Notes under the pieces: model-generated
Databases searched by the model: none
What the model saw: the letters and a program-made list of their open reading frames with translations, nothing else
Told to the model about the DNA's origin: nothing
Shown here: piece after piece, positions 17,006 to 25,124 of the stretch
Numbering within the stretch: position 1 is the stretch's first letter
How the letters are laid out: every line of letters starts with the position of its first letter
IMG/VR virus record: IMGVR_UViG_3300038673_000987
Location: 1 to 28,130 of that record
Reading direction: 5' to 3' (one strand)
DNA from: a virus
Taxonomy: Duplodnaviria; Caudoviricetes
Length of the DNA: 28,130 nt
Made by a program: the position numbers and the translations under genes

Positions 17006-17199
17006 GCCGCACCTCCAGCAACCCGCTTGAAATACCGGCTCCGCTCGATGCGCGGGCTGCGGCGCTCCCCGCGCAGGACGTACCACAGGTGCCCGCGCGT
17101 CACGCCGAGATCCCGCGCCGCCGCGCAAATCCCGGGGAACCGCGTCAAATGGTTACGCCCGCGAATCGTGTGGAAATCACTCGCCTTCCGTGACATCAT
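17002..17199 (-). CDS. Ner/Cro-like HTH regulator (65 aa)
   Basis: GGAG RBS; GICAAARDLGVTRGHLWYVLRGERRSPRIE; head of the early operon, opposite the repressor. Confidence 0.78.
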   Translation of the reverse strand: MMSRKASDFHTIRGRNHLTRFPGICAAARDLGVTRGHLWYVLRGERRSPRIERSRYFKRVAGGAA

Positions 17200-17207
17200 A
17201 GGTCTCC

Positions 17208-17579
17208 ATGAATCTTCTTGAGTCGCTTCAGGAACGCAGAAACCAGTCTGCCTATCGGGCCATGGACGTTCTCTTCGCCACGGCCACCGGTGCCCTCTCT
17301 CTTACCATCGCCTTTCGAGGCGATCTCACGGCCGGCGCCGCGCACATCTGGCTGCTCAAAGCGGCGTGGTGCGGGTTCGTCCTCGGTGGGCTTTCCGCAA
17401 TGCTCGCACGTACAGCAGAGATCCTCATCTTTCAGAAGCTCATCCAGCGGTTTCATGACTACTCCGACGTAGTGGCCGCCGCCCCGGCGTGGTGGCAGAT
17501 TGCCGCCTTCTTTTCCGCCTACGTGTTCTTCGTTTCTGCCGCCATCGCGCTCGCGGCGTTCGGCATCGCCAACCTGTAG
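17208..17579 (+). CDS. Three-TM membrane protein (123 aa), antisense within the early leader
   Basis: Three hydrophobic spans; GALSLTIAF...LKAAW pattern of small accessory membrane proteins. Confidence 0.65.
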   Translation: MNLLESLQERRNQSAYRAMDVLFATATGALSLTIAFRGDLTAGAAHIWLLKAAWCGFVLGGLSAMLARTAEILIFQKLIQRFHDYSDVVAAAPAWWQIAAFFSAYVFFVSAAIALAAFGIANL

Positions 17580-17748
17580 CAGCAACACCGTCACACGCCT
17601 CAGCTCCATCACGTACACCCCGCCACCCATAAACCCAGGCGTGATCCGTATGGACTGGTGCGTCCGCTCTCCCGCCTCCGGAAAATCCGCTCTTTCCCCC
17701 TCCGCCTCTCCCGTGTATGCTTTTCGTTCCGGTGACATCATGCCTACA

Positions 17749-17777
17749 GGATTACTACTAGATTCCTAATGAGTCAA
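17749..17777 (-). promoter_or_regulatory. Early promoter candidate TTGACT-N17-TAATCC
   Basis: -35 at 17772-17777 and -10 at 17749-17754; 7 nt before ATG 17741; overlaps the repressor start. Confidence 0.55.
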
Positions 17778-18140
17778 CAGCAAAATAGGAAAATAATAGG
17801 AACAAGGCTTGAATTGCTGAAAGCCCATCATTCGGTCACATGGGGCGAGCTTGCGGCTCTTATTGGTATATCGAGGTCTATGTTGGATTTCCTGAGGTCT
17901 GGAGCAAAAGATCCCGGCCCGAAGGTCTTGAGAAAGATAGCCGATGCGGAGCGTGCTGCTGGGCTCCTCCCAGCAGTTCCTCCGCCGCAGACGGTACCGG
18001 ACGGCATTAGGCATAGTTCCATGCATTGGAAGAATCGGGACGACGTTTTCCAATCGTTGGAAACGCGCCTTGAGCGGCTATTGGAAGAGGCCCAATCTGT
18101 GATTAAAGAGCTGAAGGAATTGCGAGAAAGGAAGGGGTGA
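17769..18140 (+). CDS. XRE/CI-like prophage repressor (123 aa)
   Basis: HTH TWGELAALIGISRSMLDFLRSGAKDP; divergent from the early operon; C-terminal coiled coil, no S24 peptidase. Confidence 0.85.
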   Translation: MSQQQNRKIIGTRLELLKAHHSVTWGELAALIGISRSMLDFLRSGAKDPGPKVLRKIADAERAAGLLPAVPPPQTVPDGIRHSSMHWKNRDDVFQSLETRLERLLEEAQSVIKELKELRERKG

Positions 18141-18143
18141 AGG

Positions 18144-18716
18144 ATGGCGGAAGATGTCGAATCGTTGGCCAAGGATCTTGGTTATAAAAATCGGCGGCGC
18201 TCGACTTATACGGCCCCCGCCATGGCTGGACTTTTCGGGTTGTTTGCCGGCATAAACGCAATAGGGGCGGCTGGGTGTTTTCTCGCATTTCTGTCAACGA
18301 AGGAAGGGGCATGGTACTCGTCGGTATGGATTCTATGGGCTCTTGCTTTCGTGGTTGGCTTTGTCGTCAACTTCGCCATCGCGCAAATCATTAACTGCAT
18401 TGGACGATCTGCACACTACACGGAGGAGATTGCGGACTTCCTTCACGATTACCGGCCGCCACAGAGCGAAGGCTACATCTTAAACGCGATTCTGGAAGAA
18501 CTCCGTGCGCTCAACAGAAAGACGGTATTGCCACAGGAAGAATCCGAGCCGACGCCTCCCGCCACGGAAACTGAGGTCAAGCCTCCGCCGCGCATCGAAA
18601 TCCCGTGCCCTGTCTGCCAGAAAACATTCAGCATTCTCGATCTGCCAGACAAGACGGAACACACATGCCCGCACTGCGGACAGATTGTGGAACTGGCGGA
18701 AGAACCGGCTCACTAA
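18144..18716 (+). CDS. Two-TM membrane protein with C-terminal zinc ribbon (190 aa)
   Basis: Two hydrophobic spans; CPVCQ...CPHCG. Confidence 0.8.
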   Translation: MAEDVESLAKDLGYKNRRRSTYTAPAMAGLFGLFAGINAIGAAGCFLAFLSTKEGAWYSSVWILWALAFVVGFVVNFAIAQIINCIGRSAHYTEEIADFLHDYRPPQSEGYILNAILEELRALNRKTVLPQEESEPTPPATETEVKPPPRIEIPCPVCQKTFSILDLPDKTEHTCPHCGQIVELAEEPAH

Positions 18717-18768
18717 AGATTCAAAGCCGCTTCAAACTGGAAGCTGAACAGAGGGGGAGATAACGCAC

Positions 18769-19668
18769 GTGCACACAATAGACTTCAGCAGCAGCCTATA
18801 CTACTCGAACCGGGAATTGATCCCTGTGCAGGACATGGCAACGGCGATGGTGGCCTATGGGCGAATCATCGAAATATCCGCGCCTGTCATTGCCAAACTG
18901 TCCGGGATCTCCGACCCGTTCGTGGTGCGGGTGTTCCTGAAAGAAATCCGGGCAGGAAGCGCAGACGAAGGTTTCATAAATAGGTTTGTGTTTAAGAATC
19001 AGAAAAGCAAAGATGCTTTCATTGACTGGCTGCGGAGGGTAACGCTCGTGGAACACCTTCAAGAAAAGAATCCGACACTCGGGAAGCTCTGGGCCTATAT
19101 TCTGGTGGGCGGCGCGATGTTTGCCGTAGGCCGCTACGGCCTTCCGAACCCCAAGAGCACGGTGCACATACAGGATGTTTCCTCCGCAATCATCAATGTG
19201 GGCGGAACCATCAACATCCCTCACGAATCCATTCAAGAAGCGATGTCTGCCGGCATTCGCAACAAGGCCGTGCTGGCTACAAACGCGGTGAAGGTTATCC
19301 GCCCGGCCAAACACGACGAACACGCGCTGATCCGCGTGGATAACAGAGATGAGTTAACCATTCCTCCGGAAGCCATCCGTGAGGTTCCGTCCATAATCGG
19401 CGAAGCCGAAGAGATACAGCAAACAAAGACGCTCACAGCCGTTCAAATCAGCGTCCGCGCGCTGGACCGGGACAGCACACAAAAGGGGTGGGCCGCCGTG
19501 GTGCCATCGTTTAGCGAGCGCCGCGCAAAACTCGAACTGGATCCATCCGTTGATTCTTCCGTCGTCGCGCGGAGCGAGATCCTATGCGGCGACATCGAGG
19601 CGAGCTACCGCCTTGATCAACGCGGGAATGAAGTCCCGAGGCGATATACCTTGCTGCGGATCAGGTAG
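18769..19668 (+). CDS. Hypothetical accessory protein (299 aa)
   Basis: Long ORF with purine-rich RBS, co-oriented with the repressor; no motif recognised. Confidence 0.75.
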   Translation: MHTIDFSSSLYYSNRELIPVQDMATAMVAYGRIIEISAPVIAKLSGISDPFVVRVFLKEIRAGSADEGFINRFVFKNQKSKDAFIDWLRRVTLVEHLQEKNPTLGKLWAYILVGGAMFAVGRYGLPNPKSTVHIQDVSSAIINVGGTINIPHESIQEAMSAGIRNKAVLATNAVKVIRPAKHDEHALIRVDNRDELTIPPEAIREVPSIIGEAEEIQQTKTLTAVQISVRALDRDSTQKGWAAVVPSFSERRAKLELDPSVDSSVVARSEILCGDIEASYRLDQRGNEVPRRYTLLRIR

Positions 19669-19673
19669 TGCCA

Positions 19674-20228
19674 TCAAACAGCGCTGCATCGGCGCAGGCG
19701 CGTCCGCACTTTCACCAACCGCGCATAGACATGTTGCCGGGTTAATCCAAGCCTGCGCGCCACTTGCTGCATGTTCAACCCTTTCAGCATAAGATCCACA
19801 ACCTCTCGCTGCTTCGGGGTCAGATCTGCGCGGGCCAGCCGCGCGCGGATATGCCGTTCGGAATCGCTTTCGGAAACCGCATCGGCGGCAGAGCCGCCTG
19901 GCGCGACCAGCACATCCGCCCATGTCAGCGCATCGTCGGTTGCTCCGCAAAGCGGCGACTCCATGCTGATATGCTGGTGGCGATATTCTTTCTCGATGGC
20001 TCTTTTGGCGCCATACGCGGCGCCGACCAGGCACCAGTTCCCGAGCGTCCGTCCGCCTCCCGGCGACCATTGCGCCTGCGCGGCCCATGCCGCAAGACGC
20101 GCTTCCTGGGCGAGATCGTCCGCATCAATCGCTGGAGGCAGTTCTCTCCCGCGATAGCGCCCGGCCACATGGGATCCAATGCGCAGGAGATCGTCGCTGG
20201 ATAGCTCGCCTTTCAGCGGCGCAATCAT
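19674..20228 (-). CDS. Sigma-70 family, ECF-like RNA polymerase sigma factor (184 aa)
   Basis: Region 2 DADDLAQEARLAAW, linker ISMESP, region 4 LTPKQREVV...GLNMQQVARRLGLTRQHV; ATGA-coupled to the upstream gene. Confidence 0.85.
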   Translation of the reverse strand: MIAPLKGELSSDDLLRIGSHVAGRYRGRELPPAIDADDLAQEARLAAWAAQAQWSPGGGRTLGNWCLVGAAYGAKRAIEKEYRHQHISMESPLCGATDDALTWADVLVAPGGSAADAVSESDSERHIRARLARADLTPKQREVVDLMLKGLNMQQVARRLGLTRQHVYARLVKVRTRLRRCSAV

Positions 20229-21013
20229 GGCTTGTTCGTCCAGGTCACGCCACCGACGTTGAATATGACCTGCGTGTTGGCGTGGTCGAAATAGATCGGA
20301 GCATTGGTTATCGCGTCCCAATTCAGCCCTTCAAGCCCGCCGCCGCCACCGCGAAATTCTGGTGCCTCCACGGGCAGGCTGATGTTCACGCGTGGGTTAA
20401 TGCCGGCCGTGATGCGCACATAGCCGCCGTCGTCCTCGGGCGGCACGTCAACACGCAAGAGGATCGTGTTCGCATCCACCACCGTCATGCCGTATTCGAC
20501 CTCGACCCACGGTCCGTTGATGATGTCCGTTGAATAGAGGACTACAGGCAAGGTGTTTGTATCTTCAACAATCATCGTTACGACGAGCTGGTCATTCGTT
20601 TTGTCGTACCAAGTGCTGCCGGTCTCGCCCAGCGGCTCGTAATCCGTAACGAATGTGAGGATGTTTTCCCCGTGCGCGCGGATGAAGAATATGCCGCTGC
20701 TGGCGCCAATGGAGTACGTGCGGCTCAGGTTTATCGGGTGGTTGTTCATGTTCAGAGGGTAATGGTAGTCCGTTGGCGGCGCGGTCAGTGCGCGAATGTC
20801 CAGCACCTGGACGCCGCCGGGTGTCACGCCATCGCCGATACGCAGATCGTGCAATGCGCCGGCATTCACTACGCCGACACCGAACGGTATGACGGTTTCC
20901 TGCAGTTCCTGTTCGGTCATGTCCTCGAACACGAGCCGCTTGACCGTGCTGGTTGTCCCGGCGAAACCGGCCTGTGCCAACAGCAGAACGATAAGCGTGA
21001 GTGTGCGTTTCAT
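20225..21013 (-). CDS. Signal-peptide-bearing fibre-like protein with Mtd_N-like motif (262 aa)
   Basis: MKRTLTLIVLLLAQAGFA signal; LRIGDGVTPGG motif; FRGGGGGLEGL fibre-type motif; ATGA-coupled on both sides. Confidence 0.7.
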   Translation of the reverse strand: MKRTLTLIVLLLAQAGFAGTTSTVKRLVFEDMTEQELQETVIPFGVGVVNAGALHDLRIGDGVTPGGVQVLDIRALTAPPTDYHYPLNMNNHPINLSRTYSIGASSGIFFIRAHGENILTFVTDYEPLGETGSTWYDKTNDQLVVTMIVEDTNTLPVVLYSTDIINGPWVEVEYGMTVVDANTILLRVDVPPEDDGGYVRITAGINPRVNISLPVEAPEFRGGGGGLEGLNWDAITNAPIYFDHANTQVIFNVGGVTWTNKP

Positions 21014-23055
21014 GGCGATGGTGGTGCGTTGTAATCCTGCCAAGCGGAGAGATTCACCCTGTTCACGTTTGTGTGGGTTCCGCCAAGCGCTGCAATGCGA
21101 TCCTCGATCTCGGCTAAAACATGCGTGACGGAGCTAATAACCATCGGCGAGGTCCATGTCCCCAAAAGGACCGTATTCGTCCCGATAATCAGGAAGCAAG
21201 GGCTTCCGCTGTCGCCGGGAATTGGATAACCGTAAGCTCCTGTGCGGACGGAAATGAATTGCGCATCCCATTCGGATGCAGGCGAGTGTGTTGCCGCCGG
21301 AAGCAACAATTCGTTTTGGTTAAGCCACATCAGCCGGATCAGCGAGTTTTCCAGGTATCCGGGATAGCCCTGGAGCCTGCCAAGGTCTTCAGCGTCGAGC
21401 ACCCGCGCAGGAACGATGCTCTCCGGCAGCGGAGAGTCCAAGCGGGCAACCGCGATGTCGGACTCAGTCCAAGTGCAGGATGCAGACACGCAGCGCTGGT
21501 CTATCAGAGTTCTCGTGTGGAGGCCGTTCGTCGGGTCAACGAACAGAAATTCAGTCCCCACCGGAGCCATATAATGCGTCGCGTAAAGCATATGTTCGCG
21601 CGTAACGAGCGTTCCGGCTCGATAGCGCCCGCTGAATGTGTTCGATGGCGACGCGCAGGAGAGGTCAACCGCTGCAGCCCAGAGGTTTGTATTCAGGATC
21701 CACCCCTCTGAAAAGACGTTCACCTCCTTTGCCGGCAGGGTCGCCTCGCGCGCGATAGCGGAGGTGTTTATCATCGCGCGCAGGCTTCCAGCCACATCTG
21801 AACCCCACGTCCAATTCGTCCATGTTGCCGTCGTGCCGGGATAGATTATTTCCGTCGTCCGCTGAAAGTCTCCCAGTGTAGAAACCACGGTTCCTGTGTC
21901 TCCGAGTTCGACCCCGTCTCCCCATAGAGCGACCCACGTTGAGTTTGTGTAAACGACCGTCAAAAGCGCGGCTCCAACGTGCTGGACATCAGAATCTGGT
22001 GCGCTCATACGAAGGATGTTTGGGTGCAGGCTATACCCTGGCTCCGTGCTGCGAAGCACCTGCACGGCCAACACAGAGTTGAACCGTTGCGTGGCGATCT
22101 GTGAGAGCACGTTGTAGCCATATGGTTGCGTCGAAAGGGTGAACCAATCCGGGTGGTACGGACCGCCGACGCTGACCACATAAACGTTTGTCATATACCC
22201 CGCATCCGCGTGATCCCCCCATGAATGCGCTTCGGTCCATTCGCCTGTCGGCCAAAGCTCTACCGCATCAATTCGGCTTTCCACCGCTGCCACGCGGGCC
22301 GTCGGCGCATACCCCGCCGCCGCGTGATCCCCCCATGAATGCGCCTCGCTCCATTCGCCGGTCGGCCAAAGCTCCACGGCATCAATTCGGTTTTCCGCCG
22401 CTGCCACGCGGGCCGTCGGCGCGTAGCCCGCCGTCGCGTGATCCCCCCAAACAAATGCCGCATCCCATTGGTCAAGACGGTTCGACGTTATTTCGGCGGC
22501 AACACTGTCCATAAAGGTTGGATCCAACTCCTCGGTTATGAAGCCGAACAGCTCGCCGGGGTCATACGTGAGGGGCCCTCGGTATTCGGTATACCGCTCG
22601 TCAGGCGCGTAGCGCACGGTCAGCGATTGGACAACGGCAACACTACGCCCCGATACGTTCGTGCCGTCAAGCGTGAGCAGGCGCACGAAGCCATAGTATT
22701 GGCCTGGCTCCAGGATGGATTCCTCGTGGTCCAGGCCCATCCGGACAACCCCACCGGACGGGTCAACGACATCCACCGTTTTTGCGATCCACGTCTGGTA
22801 CAGGTTCGTCGCGGACACCACATCCCAGACGATTGCGAGATTTGTAGCGGACAAGTCGAGCGGGACTTGGTTGGTGTGGAGGGCATACTCAAGCTCAACC
22901 GTTTCGCCCTGCCGCCATCCAAATACATGCCGCGCGCCTTCGCGGCCTGCGTCCCAGGCCACCGATGTTGAGCGCAAGACAGGGGCGTCTGCAAGGCATG
23001 CTGTAACCGACAGCAGAGACAGCATTCCGACGGATGCAACAGCGCGCAGGTTCAT
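21010..23055 (-). CDS. Exported fibre-like protein: signal + BppU-like N-domain + WGDH repeats + trypsin-like serine protease (681 aa)
   Basis: Signal or lipobox (VTAC); RQGETVELEYAL...PLDLS...EPGQY; repeats; protease motifs ATHY, SDIAV, GDSGSP. Confidence 0.78.
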   Translation of the reverse strand: MNLRAVASVGMLSLLSVTACLADAPVLRSTSVAWDAGREGARHVFGWRQGETVELEYALHTNQVPLDLSATNLAIVWDVVSATNLYQTWIAKTVDVVDPSGGVVRMGLDHEESILEPGQYYGFVRLLTLDGTNVSGRSVAVVQSLTVRYAPDERYTEYRGPLTYDPGELFGFITEELDPTFMDSVAAEITSNRLDQWDAAFVWGDHATAGYAPTARVAAAENRIDAVELWPTGEWSEAHSWGDHAAAGYAPTARVAAVESRIDAVELWPTGEWTEAHSWGDHADAGYMTNVYVVSVGGPYHPDWFTLSTQPYGYNVLSQIATQRFNSVLAVQVLRSTEPGYSLHPNILRMSAPDSDVQHVGAALLTVVYTNSTWVALWGDGVELGDTGTVVSTLGDFQRTTEIIYPGTTATWTNWTWGSDVAGSLRAMINTSAIAREATLPAKEVNVFSEGWILNTNLWAAAVDLSCASPSNTFSGRYRAGTLVTREHMLYATHYMAPVGTEFLFVDPTNGLHTRTLIDQRCVSASCTWTESDIAVARLDSPLPESIVPARVLDAEDLGRLQGYPGYLENSLIRLMWLNQNELLLPAATHSPASEWDAQFISVRTGAYGYPIPGDSGSPCFLIIGTNTVLLGTWTSPMVISSVTHVLAEIEDRIAALGGTHTNVNRVNLSAWQDYNAPPSP
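22196..22449. repeat. 114-bp tandem repeat (about 2.2 copies; 38-aa WGDHAxAGY unit)
   Basis: CGCGTGATCCCCCCA recurs at 22207, 22321 and 22435. Confidence 0.92.
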
Positions 23056-23201
23056 GCGCTTGATGCTCCGTCAATACGCGCAATTCATCCATTTGGCGTG
23101 GGGGTTATGGGCCCGAAGCCCCCCCCGGTTGGGGCACCGCCCGGCGCCGGCGTTTAGTTGCGGGAGGCCCACGACAATTATAAACGCGTGAGGAATAATT
23201 C

Positions 23202-23483
23202 ATGACAGAAGTCTCTGCTCCGCTCATGACCGTGGCCGTCCTGTTCGTTCTGACCCAAATCGTCAGCGTAATTACAGACATAACCTCGATTCGGCGGAAC
23301 ACGGCGAGAACACCCCCTTTGGATCAGGAGATTTATAAAGACTTCGCCACAAAGGCTGAGGTCGCGCGGCTTGAGGGCAAAATGGACGCGCTGATCTCCT
23401 CCTCCAATGAGGCGCTCCGAGACATGACGAAGAGCATTTCCGAACTCACTGGAATGGTTCGAGAGCACTTAAGGCAGCACTGA
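23202..23483 (+). CDS. Membrane-anchored coiled-coil protein, Mu gp25/DUF2730-like (93 aa)
   Basis: GAGGA RBS; N-terminal TM; FATKAEVARLEGKMD; upstream of gp26/gp27. Confidence 0.65.
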   Translation: MTEVSAPLMTVAVLFVLTQIVSVITDITSIRRNTARTPPLDQEIYKDFATKAEVARLEGKMDALISSSNEALRDMTKSISELTGMVREHLRQH

Positions 23484-23485
23484 CC

Positions 23486-24025
23486 ATGATCTTCCTCTAT
23501 AAAGGCATCAGCCCTATTTCACGCGCGATTGTGTTCAGAACAAGGGTCTCATCCTGGCTGCCAGACGAACTGGCCTATAGCCATGCGGCATGGGGCACCA
23601 GCGATACAACCGTGGTTGAAGCGTGGAAAGACGGGGTGAGAGAGGTCCAATTCGAGAGAGATCACAGGCCTGGGACGATTGTTGATCTCTATCACATCAA
23701 TCTCGCTCGCGAGCAGGTTGAGGGCATCAACGATTTTCTCCGCGCCCAAATTGGGAAGCCTTACGATTGGCTCGGCATACTTGGGTTCCTTGTCCGTTCC
23801 GATCGAGCCCACAGAAAAACCAAGTGGTTCTGCTCTGAACTAATTGCAGAGGCGCTCGATCTGGTCGGGAAGCCGTTGCTCTCGCGCTGCCCGGCGCATC
23901 GCATGCTTCCGGGCATGATCGCACTCTCTCCATATCTTGAATACGCTGGAACCCGCATTTGTCGCGCCCAGGCAACGTCCGCCGCCTCGGTGGACCTTAC
24001 TGGAGCGTTTCCGTGCATCACGTAA
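23486..24025 (+). CDS. Permuted papain-like NlpC/P60 (YiiX/YaeF-like) hydrolase (179 aa)
   Basis: YSHA (His), GKPYDWLG, WFCSELIA (Cys), in His-before-Cys order. Confidence 0.88.
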   Translation: MIFLYKGISPISRAIVFRTRVSSWLPDELAYSHAAWGTSDTTVVEAWKDGVREVQFERDHRPGTIVDLYHINLAREQVEGINDFLRAQIGKPYDWLGILGFLVRSDRAHRKTKWFCSELIAEALDLVGKPLLSRCPAHRMLPGMIALSPYLEYAGTRICRAQATSAASVDLTGAFPCIT

Positions 24026-24243
24026 CAATAGAAACAATTTGCGCCGCCGTTCGGATGCGCCGGCGAAGCGCGCTGCGGATGCGGAGGATTGCAGGCTTGG
24101 CTATGCCTGCCTCGTTGGTTCTGGCGCGGGCGACGGCTATCGAGAAAGAGGCGCGCGAGCTTGAAGAGGATCTTATGCGGTACATAAAGGACGACGATGC
24201 GTTGAAGTATGTACAGGAGGTGCTGCCAAATGAACTTGAGTGA
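24013..24243 (+). CDS. Hypothetical protein (76 aa)
   Basis: GGAG before GTG 24013; overlaps both neighbours. Confidence 0.5.
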   Translation: MHHVTIETICAAVRMRRRSALRMRRIAGLAMPASLVLARATAIEKEARELEEDLMRYIKDDDALKYVQEVLPNELE

Positions 24244-24505
24244 GCGTGAACAGCTTCGGAAGGCGTTGCTGAAGTTTCTGTCGGTCAGGCAGGCATATTC
24301 ATTTGATGTGTCCAGCCTCGTCTACCACATTCGCGAACAACACCTGGTGACGTGTGCGTTCGACGAATCCGATGTGTCAGAAAGCCTGGCATTCCTGGAA
24401 GGGCTGGGGCTGGTCGAGTCTCAACAGGGCCAGCTCGGAGCCTCGCTGACTTACAGGGCCAGTTCACAGGGGGTTTTGCTCTATGAGCGCACCTTTGCCC
24501 ACTAA
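24230..24505 (+). CDS. Mu gp26-like winged-helix protein (91 aa)
   Basis: AGGAGG RBS; LRKALLKFL...LAFLEGLGLV; directly before the gp27-like gene. Confidence 0.7.
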   Translation: MNLSEREQLRKALLKFLSVRQAYSFDVSSLVYHIREQHLVTCAFDESDVSESLAFLEGLGLVESQQGQLGASLTYRASSQGVLLYERTFAH

Positions 24506-25124
24506 ATCACCGCGCGCCAGAACCGGGAAAATCGCTCGGCTTCCGTACCACGTGCGAGAGGAAATCTGCCGCCGGATGCGCGATGGACAAACCGCTAGGG
24601 CCATTAACGACTGGTTGATCTCAACGCACGTGCAGGGATCTCCGTTTTCGGATGTGAATTTCACATCCTGGCGGAAGGGCGGATACCAGGACTGGCTCGC
24701 AGAAGAACAGCGGAACGATCAGATCCGCATGCGGGCCGATTCCATCCGTCGGAAGCTGGACGCTGGCGGGCTCTCTGTAATTGACGAAGGCATGTATGAG
24801 CTGGCTCAAATCCTTACCGATGCCGCTCGCGAACGTCCGGAGGATGCGGAAAAAGTTGCGAATGCCATTGTCGGGCTGAAACTTGCCGTCGTTTCTGACG
24901 GAAAGCTCCACCTCGATAAGAAAAAAGTCGCACAACGCGAAGACACGTTGCGGCTGCAGCGTGATAAATTCCGCTGGCAGCTCGCGGAAAAGCTCCTGAA
25001 ATTTGCAAAGGATGCGAGCGTTCAGGCCATTGCCTCGCGCGGCGAGACAAGCCAGGAAGATAAGATCAAGGCGATCCTTGCCTACATGGATGAGGTCGAG
25101 GCGGAGGCAATTGCACCGGCATGA
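24483..25124 (+). CDS. Mu gp27/DUF3486-like small terminase subunit (213 aa)
   Basis: GKIARLPYHVREEI N-terminal motif; ATGA overlap with TerL. Confidence 0.78.
   Translation: MSAPLPTKSPRARTGKIARLPYHVREEICRRMRDGQTARAINDWLISTHVQGSPFSDVNFTSWRKGGYQDWLAEEQRNDQIRMRADSIRRKLDAGGLSVIDEGMYELAQILTDAARERPEDAEKVANAIVGLKLAVVSDGKLHLDKKKVAQREDTLRLQRDKFRWQLAEKLLKFAKDASVQAIASRGETSQEDKIKAILAYMDEVEAEAIAPA

Noticed and set aside
22196-22449. 114-bp repeats as a DGR template/variable pair, prompted by the Mtd_N-like neighbour
   Set aside because: In-frame tandem coding repeats; differences are not adenine-specific; no reverse transcriptase in the window
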